Assembly (NCBI GenBank): GCA_051294905.1
Contig: CM119371.1
Coordinates: 38,008,001 to 38,072,000, forward strand
DNA length: 64,000 nt
Reading direction: 5' to 3'
From: Botryllus schlosseri
Lineage: Eukaryota
Positions within the stretch are counted from its first letter, which is position 1. Every line of letters begins with the position of its first letter. The notes under the pieces are model-generated. The model was not told the origin of the DNA. It saw only the letters and a list, made by a program, of their open reading frames with translations, and ran no database searches. Positions 26,596 through 39,703 of this stretch are shown here, one piece after another. The translations under genes and the position numbers were made by a program.

Positions 26596-27885
26596 GTACT
26601 GGTACTTGAAAATGCTACCAGAAACTGTTAAAAATGAGGAAAATTAGTATATTATGAATGTGAAGCATTCGGTATCAACGAGCAGAGTTGTAAAAAGTGG
26701 GTTTCACATGACATTAACTCGGAGCTGAACAGTCAGCACAATGACTTGGACTCGGACTCGAGTCAAAACACTATGGCTCGGACTCGACACGTCACTCCGT
26801 GACTTGGACTCGGACTTGACTCGGTGGTGAATTGAAAATGACTCGACTTGACTCGAGTCAATACTACAAAAGTGAGACTGACTTGTGACTCGGAACCTTG
26901 TGATTTGGTTAAAACCCTGATTCCAATATCCTTTAACCATATAGCAGCCGGGGGCCACGGAATAAAAACATGCACCAGAATAATTAATAACGACGACCCC
27001 GCCCAGTAGATAATTAAATATACTTGTATTTGAGAGCTACAAAATTAAATCCTCAGAATATTTCTTCATCGTATCATAAAGGATGACACTGATTAGTGTT
27101 GTTACCCCTATTCATGTTAAAGTTAAGAGCTTCGTGCAGTACTAAATTTAATATGAGCAAATCTCTACCACATTCTCAGTTGATTTAGTAGTCATACGAA
27201 GCAATAAAACAAAACCCAATACAATTAACTTCCCCGTATTGCCAATCGCAGAGGAGAATTCGGGATGTGTACATCGATCTCGAACCAAATACTATATGAG
27301 CCCGTAGGCCTTTCCCGGTGGATGTTATAACAACCCGAAAATATCACATACAATTATACCGTTAATTAGTCGAGTGGACTAATAGTGAAGTGCCAACCTG
27401 AAAGCGGAGTTTTACCACTTATCCATTGTTTTTGCTACAGTCCTTAAAATAGGGGGGTGCCAGACTCAGGCTATTTTTAAAGGGGGCGCTGGAGATGAAA
27501 AAAGGTTAAGAACCACTGCTCTGAAGCTTGTACACTATGAATGATGTCATGTTTCAAGCAAAAAAACAAAGCCTTGGCCTCCCTTATCCCAACAGCATTT
27601 CCTTATCGAGCAATTATCTTTGCCGGCGTTGAAAACCACATAAAGCAGCAACTCGAATAAGACTTCGACTACGTAGAGAAAAGGAGACGACATTTCTGGG
27701 TCTTGTTTCATCGAAGCTACAAATACACGAAACAACACAAGAGATAAGATTTGCCGTTGGCCATTTGGCCGGGTCTCGTTTCAGCTACAAAAGACGTAAT
27801 AGATGTCAACCAATATGAGTTAGGAGCTGCTATTATCCAAATCCGGTGGATCTGCGTCAATGTGCCACAGTTCCGCGGTTGAGGA

Positions 27886-28992
27886 TCAACAGAACTCGCA
27901 CACGTATAATTTCGTCGGTGTTCCTGGTTCAGCCACGAATTGCAGAGTATCGTAGGAGCTGCCGACCGCGAACGCGACAGCGGCTGCGCCAATTCTGTTC
28001 AGAGTCGTGTCACTGTCTGTGACGTATTGCTCCCCAAAAGCATCGGCGATCCAAAAAGGATTAGGGCTGCTGCCATCGTCAGTTAAGGCCAACCAAACAT
28101 CCCCTGACAATCCCAGCATACCATCGAAAATATTTCTGGGAATGAAAAACTATTTAAAAAACACAGACGGGTCTGAAAGTATTCTGTGGCGTCATGCAAA
28201 GCATGTTGCATTACTCACTGACGATCAACCGCGGTCCGAACGTTTTGATGAGCAAGTGCGCCACCTTTAGCCCGACAATCAGCAAACGCGTCTGTATTAT
28301 CAGCCAATTCATCTCCAACCTCATAGCGACATCCTTTGTATTCAAAGTCTTCCTGGAACATAATAGCGTCTTGTAAGATTTCGGATGTGATTTACGAGCG
28401 ATGTTGAAATCGAATAGGATCGCGTCTACGAACCGGATCCGGCGATGCAGTTGTCTTGGTCGTAATTGTTGTGGTGGTTGACGTCGTTGACACGATCGTC
28501 TCCTTCGGCGTCTCTGGCGTCTCTGATAAAAGCAGGCCTGTGCGCGAAAAAAATTAGGAACACGTAACCGTCATTTGATTCGTCAATGACTTAATCTATT
28601 AGCCTTGCTCCAAACATCCGCGTGAGATCTGAATTGACACTCACCTCTGAAAAATTGCGTCCACAGATACGCTCGTAAAAGCGGTTCGATCTCGATCTGA
28701 CGCCTACGAACAGGTGTGTAGGTGTAGTAATAGCCTGGAGCGTATCTTGGAACCGCCCTGAACTGGAATAACGCAAGAAAAGGGCTCATTATAAATCAAA
28801 CTTGGAAGTTAACTTGTTCACACACACACACACAAAGACTCACCACATCGTGTCTGATAGTCGGTCCGTTTGAGGTGACTGCAATGCAACAAGTGTTCTG
28901 AAATACGACGTCATCGATCGCATTCATACGTCACACTCACCTTCAACAAATTCTACGGACAAAAGAAGAATAAAACTAGCAAAGAATCGCAT
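27886..28992 (-). CDS. Six-exon C-type lectin-like secreted protein gene (copy B)
   Basis: Exons 28992-28941, 28878-28844, 28762-28645, 28537-28434, 28352-28219, 28135-27886. Splice sites and frame conserved with copy A. Confidence 0.78.
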
Positions 28993-30583
28993 CTTGGCAG
29001 ACCTACGGAGATAGATTTCAACCTGTAGGGGAATTGGAAAATGACGCGTTAATGGTGATTTCGGGTGGTGCTTACGACTGGAAGCCATACGCCGTCGAAG
29101 TATTCGCAATGCAATAGCGATAAGCAATAAGGTTGATCAGTGATCAACCCTGATATGAAGACTTCCAATCCCTCATCATTTTTCATCTACTTAATAGATA
29201 AACACATCATTTAACAGTCACGTGCTGTATCGTATATTGCAGGGGCGACCAACCTTTTCAGCCAACGGAATACATGCAATTTACCAACCATTACGTGGGT
29301 CACTTGAATGTTGATTACTTTTTGTAGTTGTCCGCTAGGAGCGAGCCGGATTAGTTACCGGTGGAAATATTACTTATCTTACTACGAATCAAAATCGATT
29401 ACATTTATGTCACGAAAATTCAGAGTGCATTTATGTCCTAGCCGCGCAAAGTGCGAAACATTTTTGAAGGTAAAAAGAATTCAGTTGTTGATATAGTTAC
29501 TTGCATATATTGCGGGTCGCCTCTGTATACCGCTCGGATAAGTTTGCAAGGGCTAGACCCGGGGTTATCAACCTTTGTTTTGCCGTTGCCCTTTTTCCGG
29601 TTTGAAAATGATATGTGGCCCACCTCTTATCCTAGTGTTATAGTCCTGTTCAATATGTGGTAATCGCCGGCGCTGATATGCCTATTTCTCTCAAATATAC
29701 GCATTTTTTTTCTTACGAATCATATTTAAATGTAGACCCCAAGCTCATGAAATCGCGCTATGCGCGACGAAAACTCTGAAGTTGCATAAATCTTCTACAT
29801 CGACCAACGAAATGACTTTGGGACCTTCGAGGTCCCCCATTTGGTGGTTAGGGGTGCGGCAGTTACAACCCTGGTAGTTCGTATAACTCGAGTGTACATT
29901 ATGGCCGTACACTATTCCACTCACGTCGCGAAACTCAATCATCAAATCCTCACTTTGAGATTGGGGTTACAGTTCCACTATGGGGGGGGGGGGGGGAAAT
30001 AACATAACCATTTTAAGCCAGCTTCAAGCAATTCTTTGGTTGATGGGATACTGCAGCAAGGAGCTTAATACCATGTACAATTGTACATATAGCATATCTT
30101 GTTATAACTAAAGTTGTCAGAACATTTCATCCAATGATAGGCTACAATCACTTCATGGGACTCTCACAGTAGGTGCAATGATTTCAAGGCCGGACATTTT
30201 AAACCGACTACAGAGAATAAGGTGCTGCGCTAAATCCTCAATCCATCGCGATTAGTGGCGTCGGTTCCGCATAGTTTCACAGGCAGTTGATAATAATTGA
30301 TAATGAATGGCAATTGTGACTATTTTATGTTACAATAATACGACCGGCCAAAGTACCGTAAATCTGTATCAAATAAAATTCAGTCCGAGTTTAATGCACA
30401 CCCTTTTCAACAGCATACGACATATGACCTTGTCGGGATACTTGTTTACTTCAGCATTAGGGTCCAGTTGTTAAACAATCGAAATAATTTTAGTTGCTGT
30501 TAATCGTAGGTTGTCATAGCCCGGAGACAATAGTCGCCATTTACCCTCCCATTTTCGACTTGCACATTGTGGATCCATACGCG

Positions 30584-33500
30584 AGTAGTTAGAGAAATGG
30601 GCGGAAGGTGCCCATTCGCGATTTATAATAAACAAACAAAGATTATCAATATAATAAACAATGAAAGAATTAGCTCATTCTCATTTTTGCAGCAATACTT
30701 TTATGACCCTGTGTGCGGCAATCAAAAAAAGGGGAATAATTAACGATAGAGAGAAAACGAACGAAGAATCTGGATTGACCTTTGTACTCAGACATGAGAC
30801 TTGAGTCATTCTACTTGTACTTTTCCACTCGCCTCCTGATTCTACCTGCCTTTATTCTGGGGTTTGCGAATATATTGAACGTAATCAGCTTCCAAAATAT
30901 CGATTGACCTTTTGTACTCTGACCAGACGTGAAACTTATTGATTAGTAATTCTACTTGTACTTTTCCACTCATGATTTAATCTGTCTCGCTTGACCTCTG
31001 AACAAGGACACGAAACTACAGCTGACTCCGGTCGTACGCGACGGTGATAATAGTTGCCTGCCCTGACCCGTCGTCTCGTGGTTCAATTTCGTGGCTTGGG
31101 AGCAATAACCCGTCAAACTGGTTGACTCGTCGTTCCGCGGTTGACTCAATTTCGTGTACGGTGGTTCATAGGAATAATTGCCGGTCGTGACGTCAGTGTA
31201 GTTTTCTCCTGATCCGTTAGATTCTGGTGCGTGTTTTAGGTGCCTATACGTCCGTCTGTGTAAAGTGACGCTTGTGGTCTGTCTCATACTGTCGTACTTG
31301 TCCGCCTTTTGCTTTTTTGTTGACTTAAATAGTGAGGAGAAATGATCTGTTATGATTATAAATATATGTGTCATTTCGAGTCATACCGAGAATCAGATTA
31401 AATGTAGTAGAAATTTGTATTAGGCGCCCCGACATGGATTGACTTAAATAAAATAGGATTATGAAAATAATAAGTAATTAAACAAATAGCTGATTCTCAA
31501 TTCATCAACGTGTTAACTTCCGGCATTACGTACCTAGTAATCGGTGCAAGCAACAACTGCTGTTCCATACCTATACCGCGTTCTAGCGTCTTAGGACAGA
31601 CAGTCCCAACCAAACAATGTATTTATGATGGGTTCTTTTACTGCTTCACGTCTGGTCCAGCGTAATCGTGCCGGTGTCTGTAAATGACATACAATTTACC
31701 GCGTCATATTAATTTTGTATGCTGTACAGTGTACATGATGTACATTGCACAACTTGAATCGATCTGTTGGCGAACGAATGCTTTACCCGTCTGTAACATA
31801 CACATATCGATCACGAGCTCACCACGCAGTTGTCGTTCGAGGGCGACTCATTTCGCTGCAGACAATCACTTGTGTCCGCGTGCCCCGTAAAAAATCCTCA
31901 ACACCTCCACACATATTTACAATATCATACTACGGGTATATTGCTTACCACGGGTATATTGCTTCGGCAGCCACGCACTGTCGCTCGAAGTCGACAAATT
32001 TCGCTGCAGACAATCAGTTGTGTTCGCGTATGTGTCGTAAATATATCCTCAACACATTTTATGCCAACACCTCCAAGCATATTCGCGGCATCATATATCC
32101 TCAACACATGTTATGCCAACACCTCCAAGCATATTTGCGGCATCATACTACGGATATATGGATTCGGGGGGAGTGTTACCGTCAGAGAATTGCTGTGTCA
32201 CGCCTTCGGGCCTTGCATTTTCCTCTCGGTAACTGCGAGTACGATGTCAGATTCAATTGTACAGTGACGAATCTGGGATAGCTCGCTTTAGCGGGGATCA
32301 GTGGACCGACGTTATTTTGTTGAAACACGCTCGGTTGCGGTGGTGCAATAATGGGGGATGAATTGTGTCAGATCATACGAGATGCGATCTAGCCTACTTT
32401 CGGTGAGGTGTAAAGATGAGCGAGAGATTTCGAATTCTGACTCCACCCCGACTCGGGTTGCCAAATCAAAGTCCAGAAAATCAGGCTAGCACGTAAAGTC
32501 CTGTTATTTTCACATGTTGTGAGGACAAAATATAGTATAAATCCGACTCTCAAGGCCATTTGGCCGCATCCAATCTGGCTTCGCTGAAAACTGATGAAAT
32601 CTGCGCCGGGTCCGGAGATGTTTCGTGACCTCCTCCGTCCAGACAAGATTGTTCTGCTGTAATATAGGTGTCGTTGTATAATAATTTACGTACAATGAGA
32701 CTTGGTATCGCCCCTTTGGCGGGATTCTGTTTGATTCGTCTATACAGGTGTTATTAGTGCGATCAGATTTGGCACCTCAAGAAGTATATTGGTAAAAATC
32801 GTGTCACGATGACAATAGCTTTACCGGTCAACATGCGGTCAACGGTCAACGACGCGGTGTGATGTACGTAAATCAGCTGTGATCAATCGAGCGTGACACA
32901 ATCGCTGTCAGTCATCAATCTGCGACTTGACAAAACTCGCGTTTTCTGGTTGACAGCAACGCGATATATTTGATGTCCCCGTCGACCCTCCTATTTTAAT
33001 AGGGTTACCATGCGGCCTCATTTAGGGGAGCATATGTCCTCCATTTCCCAGATATGTCACCCTTCGCCAAAATGTACTCTCTTTCTGTCAATTTGCTCTC
33101 CTTGTTAGCTTAACATATCCAAAAAACACCACGAGTAACGCAAAATGTGGGCCTAGATTACAAAAGTCGGGTACGTAGCCAAATCGGAAAAATGACGCTA
33201 TGATGGTATTGTGCTGGCTATTACGTGGATATACGTGGGCCTGTGTAAACATGTATAAGTGAATAGTAAAAGCGACGTAAACTACCTTTACATGAAGTAT
33301 AGGTGAACAGTAAAAGCGACGTAATCTACCGTTACATGTAAAAAGATCGAGCGCAGTCGACCATGCCGGGGTATACCTACCTTAGTACAGCCAAATGATC
33401 CAACGTCGTACCGAGAATAGCCGGGGTGATGGTATATCATTCTCACAAGATGTACTTTGGTATGCGTGTGAAATCGACATCGCCCGTTACTCGACTGAAG

Positions 33501-35296
33501 CAAGTCGCCACTGCAGTCCCTCTCTCTGTGTATGCACAACGTGCTGAGAACTGCAGATCCAGAAGAAACTACGCATTCTGGCGAGGTTATCGAGATAGCT
33601 GGAGCGATTCACAACACATGCTACATTTACTTCAAAACGGAAAGACAAAATATAGCTTTGGAGTACTCAAGTAGTTTTTAAGAAATGTCGGTATCGTGAA
33701 ATCGCCTTCTATCCTAATTATAAAAGAGTAGGTCCCCATAAAACTGTCGAGCGCAAGCACGTTGGTAACTGTGATAGTAGACAAAACTGACTCGAGTACC
33801 TCAGAAATAGTGCCTGTATTTCGTTGCTGGCCACGCGCCTGCTTATTCACACCGACTGACTCGCGTAGTAAGCCACTGCGCCCCGTCATCTTCTTATTGC
33901 TCAAATAATATTACAATGAATATACACTAAATTGATTCTAATTTGTCGGTATTGTTATCAGCACAAAAGACACAGTTACATCAAATAATTTTACAATTCA
34001 CGAAATTCATTTTAATTTTTAGGTAGTGTTATCAGCACAAAAGACACAGTTACACAAGTCTCGTAAATTGGTGTTGCTACACTACAATCGTTTTATGGCC
34101 TCTATTTAACGCATAGATCGATCGCGCGAGTGACGTTTCCGCAGACCAATTCTTGGCGTTTGATCAACTCTTGTCTGGTTATGGGGTTTCTAATCACAGG
34201 ACGATTGAGATTCGGGTGTGTCTTTTCGATACGTTGCGCAAACTCGATACCTTTCGTTCGGATTACGTATTCGCACTGCGGAAACCATTTTGCATGCTCT
34301 GTCCAAACCTCGTCTCCCCGGTCCCAACGAAGCCCGCCGCCACAGTAAAAACATTTGGTTCTGTCCGAATCAATGTAGTAAAACCCCGCTTTTGCTAACT
34401 GTTCAACACTAGCCTTAATTTTATTCGGTTCCCAGCCCTTGTCGAACGTTGCGATTCTTTTTGACAACGACGACATGAGAGGATTCACGGGGTTAAGACA
34501 AGGAAATAGTTGCTCAAGACATCGCTTTTCGTCCTCGGAGGGTTCCCGTGGTTCTTGTAGATGCAGTGTGAGACGTCGTATTTTGTCGCCGAGCAACTTA
34601 TCCAAATTGTCTCGTTCGTGCTCGGTTAGCGCCACATTCCCCGAATCGTCGCCACGTGCGAAACAACAACCCGGGTGATACGTCAAGTGTATTTCAGATA
34701 CATCGTCTGTAGGCCTCCAATTGCGGAGAACGCCGGAGCAGTTGAAGCACTGCGTTCTGTCCAGGTCACCGAGGTAGAATAAACCTTGTTTTGCCAACTC
34801 GCCGACCGCCCGTGGTATGGGATAGCTGGGCCATTTCTCAAAGGTTTCGCGACGCTTCGACTCCTTTCGCAAGTCGAGATTCCTAACCCGATACTCGTGC
34901 TCTTGATCAACGATATTCGCAAAGTTGATGTTGGCGTTTCCAACGGCTTTACACTGTCTCAATAAACTTTTGAAATTCGATTTCACAATAGGTATGTTCA
35001 ACGCGTCTCGTACACAATTCGCGTCATGACGCCGTGCACTCGACCCGGTCCATCTTTCGAGGTATACACTGCATCCAAAGCATTTGATTTTGTCTTCAAA
35101 TCCTAGCCAGTAGTATCCTTCAGACGCTAAATCGGTGCGTGTAGCGTATGATACTTTAGAGAATTTGGCGAACGTGGCGAGTCTGTACAATTCACTGCGG
35201 TGTGAACCGGAAGCGATATACACGCGTTTCTGTCCGGGTGGATCAGAGTATCTCTCCATTGACCTAATGCCAAGCTCTTTCATAAACATGAAGTAC
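30584..35296 (+). repeat. Left terminal inverted arm, outer segment (4,713 bp), mirror of 48597-53309
   Basis: Mirrored coordinates sum to 83893 throughout (e.g. ORF ends 34102/49791, 30970/52923). I spotted only two substitutions (near 33928 and 35143). Confidence 0.97.
34102..35289 (-). CDS. IAP: Second IAP copy (395 aa), protein identical to the right-arm copy from Met23; upstream 5' part cut off by the LTR insertion
   Basis: Translation identical to residues 23-417 of 48538..49791. The LTR element starts 8 nt upstream of the ATG. The displaced 5' codons lie at 41494-41552. Confidence 0.93.
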   Translation of the reverse strand: MFMKELGIRSMERYSDPPGQKRVYIASGSHRSELYRLATFAKFSKVSYATRTDLASEGYYWLGFEDKIKCFGCSVYLERWTGSSARRHDANCVRDALNIPIVKSNFKSLLRQCKAVGNANINFANIVDQEHEYRVRNLDLRKESKRRETFEKWPSYPIPRAVGELAKQGLFYLGDLDRTQCFNCSGVLRNWRPTDDVSEIHLTYHPGCCFARGDDSGNVALTEHERDNLDKLLGDKIRRLTLHLQEPREPSEDEKRCLEQLFPCLNPVNPLMSSLSKRIATFDKGWEPNKIKASVEQLAKAGFYYIDSDRTKCFYCGGGLRWDRGDEVWTEHAKWFPQCEYVIRTKGIEFAQRIEKTHPNLNRPVIRNPITRQELIKRQELVCGNVTRAIDLCVK

Positions 35297-35875
35297 TGCC
35301 GCGGTGTATAGGGTTTATGACAACATTGTATTTCAAACCCATATTAGCATATGACGTTGACTTCTTATTGGAATTATGTCGAGTGTTATAAGCTCGTGTA
35401 AGAGCTGGTGACTCACAACCTCCAAACCTTCATGAACCTAAAAACCACAAGCAGATATCATTCGATCTGGCTTTCATTCGATCAGAGGCAACCGCTGTCA
35501 AACTGGCAGAGTGTTGCAATTTATACCGCTGATACAGCTATGAGACAGATGTGATACACCTGTTGCGGGATTATATGATAATATCCAACATTGTGTATTT
35601 CACGCCATATTAGGAAACGAATAAGACTTCCGATTGCAATGATCACGAGTCTATATAAGCGCATGTTTAGTTGACTCGAGAGGAGACTCATTTGCTAAAC
35701 CTACTTGTAACAACGTCTGAAATATATTCGTATGTCTTGCGTCTATCTGCGTCTTAAGAAGATCTCACCAGGATACAGTACAAGACTCCAGGTTAAGTAG
35801 TCAGCCAGCTAACCCTATAATACTTTGGTTAGCTATACTTCTACTCACCAGGACACAACCCATTGTATAGCGACA
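35297..35875 (+). repeat. 5' LTR (579 bp)
   Basis: TG...CA termini. Matches 40911-41489 with one substitution noticed (gactCacaa vs gactGacaa). Confidence 0.95.
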
Positions 35876-36074
35876 TGATGACCCGAGCGATATCTTAAAC
35901 GCTACTACGTTACGTACGAGGACTTTTGACGTTGCCATCGAACTATCAAATTATCAGGATTCCGGACATTGATCAATATACGGTACGTGCTTATATTGCA
36001 TTCTGAAATAAGTATCGCGACAGCCTATAATTCCCTAGCCAATTCGTGTATTACATGTTATATATTATTATATA

Positions 36075-36833
36075 TTGTGCGCATGTTATATGTCTCCTTG
36101 GCTAGTAACTATACCTACGGTCGTTACTTCTAACGTTGATATCCCTAACATTGTTAAGCCCGTAAGAGCTTTCCCAGGTAAGATTAACGGAATGAATGAC
36201 GATGTGTCTAGCAGCGATAACTTCTCAGATTTGATCTTTCCTGATGTAATGTGTGATTCAGCTTCACAGCGCGTGTCTGATTTAAGTGTTATTCAGGATC
36301 ATAAATTAGATATTCCCGCTTTGCGTGATGAAGTAGTTGATACTCACGCAAACGTTGAACGTTGGTTGGCTAGTTCGCTTTCAAATGTTGATTCACAAAT
36401 TGACGCCAACGTCGTTCAGGACAATTCCCTTTTTGATGAGAAATCGCAGTTGAATAAAAACGCGCGCGCCGTACAACTCGATGTTTCGACTAGATTACGC
36501 TTGCGTCTAGTTTACGCGCTGCTAACTATGGTCCAATTAAATTCTGCTCAAATGTTAGATAGTGCACAGCAGAGTAACGTCGCGGGCTTGGGCGCTTGCG
36601 CGCAAACCGTGCGATTCATGCCTTTCAAATTGGCTCTCAGTAGAATTCGGAAAGAATTACAGCTTTTTCATTCAATCAAAAACGCGCTTAAACTTTCAGC
36701 GAGAAGGCACATTATGTGCTGGCGTCACACGAATTACGATAAAAAGGCACGCCAATGTACTGATGTTCGTTTTTGGCACTGGATTGATTTTTGTAAAAAA
36801 TTGACAGAATCAGTGCAGGTTCAGGATTTTTAG
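36075..36833 (+). other. 252-codon ORF in the gag position of the LTR element; product unrecognised
   Basis: Longest ORF of the LTR interior, just downstream of the PBS. No motif I can recognise. Confidence 0.25.
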
Positions 36834-38889
36834 TTGTGGTAGAATCTGTTTACAGCATCCCTGCGTTGGTGGTGTGCTGGCTCTGCCCGCTTCGGAATTT
36901 GACCGTGTTATTTTTGTTTCTATCTTTAGTTTCACATTGTCCATTTTACATTAGACTGTTTCGTGAACATGATTTCCTTTTGGCCTTAAAAGCGCCATGT
37001 TTTATTTCACCGATTCAGCCACGGGTGTGGTACAGTCGATACCACGTGGACGTTGTGACGTCAGAGACACGTTTTCCATACATGTCGCAATTTACAGACC
37101 GCGGGAAAACTTTTTTTTTTTTTAAGCCAGACGACCGCAATTTTCGTTTCAGAACATGATTGCTCCCACTCAAATTCGAGTTACATGAAACCTGTTCCTG
37201 TTTCCCGCGATATAGAACAGGACGTATTAGTGTCGCGAACAGGATATACTCCGCGAGATTCACCTTGCGCGGCTAATTCAAATTTACACGTGCTCGTTTT
37301 TTTTCATACAGAATTGTCTCAGATCCTCTTACAGGCTGGACAAGGTATATTATGCGATCTAAATTTTGACATTTAGGCAAACTTATTAAATTGGTTTTGC
37401 CTTTCACATTTCTCAGCGATACAGCGCTTATCGCAGACTCAGGACGTTGTAATTAGAATTGCACGCCGTCCATTGTTAACTGCTTCTTCAGGCGTACATG
37501 TTCACGCGCCTCGATACAGGAAGTGGTTTTGAATTTTCTTTCAACTCTCACGTTGGCGTGATCTTGCGTTAGTGCGAATTATAAATTTTCTGCTAAACTT
37601 CGTTTATTTTTGAGGTATCCTAGAGCGCTTAGTGCGTTCACTTGGGTAGTTATAGAGAAGTTGGCTCAGTAACGCGCCATATTCGATTTCATACGACACT
37701 GGATTGGCCTTGAGCGTCCAGTGGACAACTGGACATATGGGGTTTCTGCGTAAATGATTGTACATGCTTTAAAAATGGGTATACGGTTCTTTAACCTCAA
37801 ATTGCGTTCCGGCTTAAGTGATTTATCTGGCTATGTTTATCGAATGAAGGACATTGTTAAAATGATCTTAGCACCACCGTTGTATGGGATTTCAGCTCAT
37901 TGCGCAATAATTGCTTTCCCCCCGGTTTGCTGTCAAGAATTCCCCCATTTAATGCAGTTTGGACAACGTTTACCTCATGTAACAAGAATTGAGATGAAGT
38001 CAGCGTGTTTGAGTTTCAGATGTTTGGTGATGGTTTTTTTTCCTCATACCGAACCGCTGTTCAGTCGGGAACATGCGGAAGTTGAGATAGTGACTAGCTA
38101 GCACGTCTCAATGACCACAGCGCTAGCATGCGACTTGTTATAGCGACGATTCTGCAGGTACAGAACCGATCTGATTCTCAATACGAAATCTTGTGTCCAA
38201 TTTGAATACATTCGAATGTAACGTTGCACATCAAATATAGGCTATGCGATTCAGAAATCGCTCATTCCACTTATTGCAAATTCTGCATTATAATTATATT
38301 TAAGTTGACGCCAATGGAGTGCACCGTAATTGGTTTGTCATGGGAATTTCATCATTGATCAGAAATGCTTCCGGCAGTCTGTTATAGTACAGAAAAGCTT
38401 ATTTTTTTCCTGGCGGTCATTGTCGGCTCGGCCGTTAGTTCGTTGGTCAGAATCTATCACGTCTAGCTACTTATAGATAACGGAACAGCTCATTTCGGTT
38501 CAATATTCTAAATATCCGTATCCCACGAAAAATGTTCAATAATTATTTTTAATATAATTATGGCATTCTCATTTCGCAGAACGCGTCTGTAACTCGAATT
38601 CCAATCTCATTACATGATTGTAAAGTATATAGTTGAATCGACGCGCCACGTAGCTTACTGAGACGTTCTTAGATTGTCCAGTAAGGTGGATCCTTAGCCT
38701 GGAAGGATTATGATAGCATTTTATCACACGTATCTCTCCGCATGTTTTTAATTCAGTACTTGCGTGAGTTGTATGCTTCTCATATCGCCAACCGTTATTA
38801 CACCTTTACGGCCTTAAATGCTGTTAGGTGCTGCCTTTGTTTATTTCATTTGGAATTATCGAATTACCTGCCTTAATACGTCACGTCAA

Positions 38890-39703
38890 CATAGGTGACC
38901 CGTCACGAAGTACTTCTAGATATGATTTTCTCTACTTCTACTTCTACTTCGTAATATTTTGTGATCTACTTGCTTACTTTTCGCTATTCAGTTGTCAAGT
39001 AGAAGTAGTGTGATCCTCCAATACGAAGATAGCCTGGGGAATTTCAGGTCTGTTTCATGGAGTACCGACATTCATTTTCATCAAAGTCCAATAAAGCCAG
39101 GAATTTTTCGCTTCGCGCACAGTCGTTGTAATGGACAAATATGTTTTCAGCGAAATGTCGGTGAATATAAATTGGGTTCCGTATTGTGTTGTTCCGCTCA
39201 TACGGCACTGTCGCCCATATCAAATTTCATCACAGTAACTACGGCCATCAAACGCTAGAAACTACCGTTTGGCAATCGGGCAATTACCCTTTGTATCGTA
39301 ATCTAGCAGCCTGGACATGTGCTAATAAGATAAGTGAACTCCAGTGTTGTTATTTTAAGCTGCACCTGTTTTAGCAGACCACCTTTGAAACTTTCTGGAT
39401 AAAAGACATGAAATATATTTTCCGCTTTCAAACGTGGTATTATGTTTCTCTTTCAATTCCGAGAATCATACTTGGTTTAAATACTCCATTTCTTTTGTCT
39501 GCACAACATACATCTTGAAGTATACAGTCAAGTACCGGTATAGTAATTCCTCCATTTTCCGGAATAAGGATACACTATATGGTAAATTTACGATCCAACA
39601 TATTGTTGATTAACGTTGGCCTATAATAATCGCGCAAAGATTGACAGTCCATGCAAACGAATTGAGACTGTTTTCAAAACTACTTGTACTTTTACCACCT
39701 CCG
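38890..39703 (+). mobile_element. hAT-type MITE inside the LTR element, same family as 25141-26436
   Basis: Ends cataggtg...ccacctccg, 8-bp TSD CACGTCAA (38882-38889, 39704-39711). Internal similarity to 25141-26436. Confidence 0.8.

Larger units (their letters stand above)
24559..26919. mobile_element. hAT-type GACTC-repeat MITE hosting a solo LTR
   Basis: Ends cagggtt / aaccctg. Perfect TSD ATTCCAAT (24551-24558, 26920-26927). Confidence 0.85.

Noticed and set aside
30970..33904. ORFs of 60-178 aa in the arms (and mirrors at 49989-52923) as Maverick genes
   Set aside because: No recognisable motifs, and several overlap tandem repeats. Their duplication only reflects the inverted repeat.
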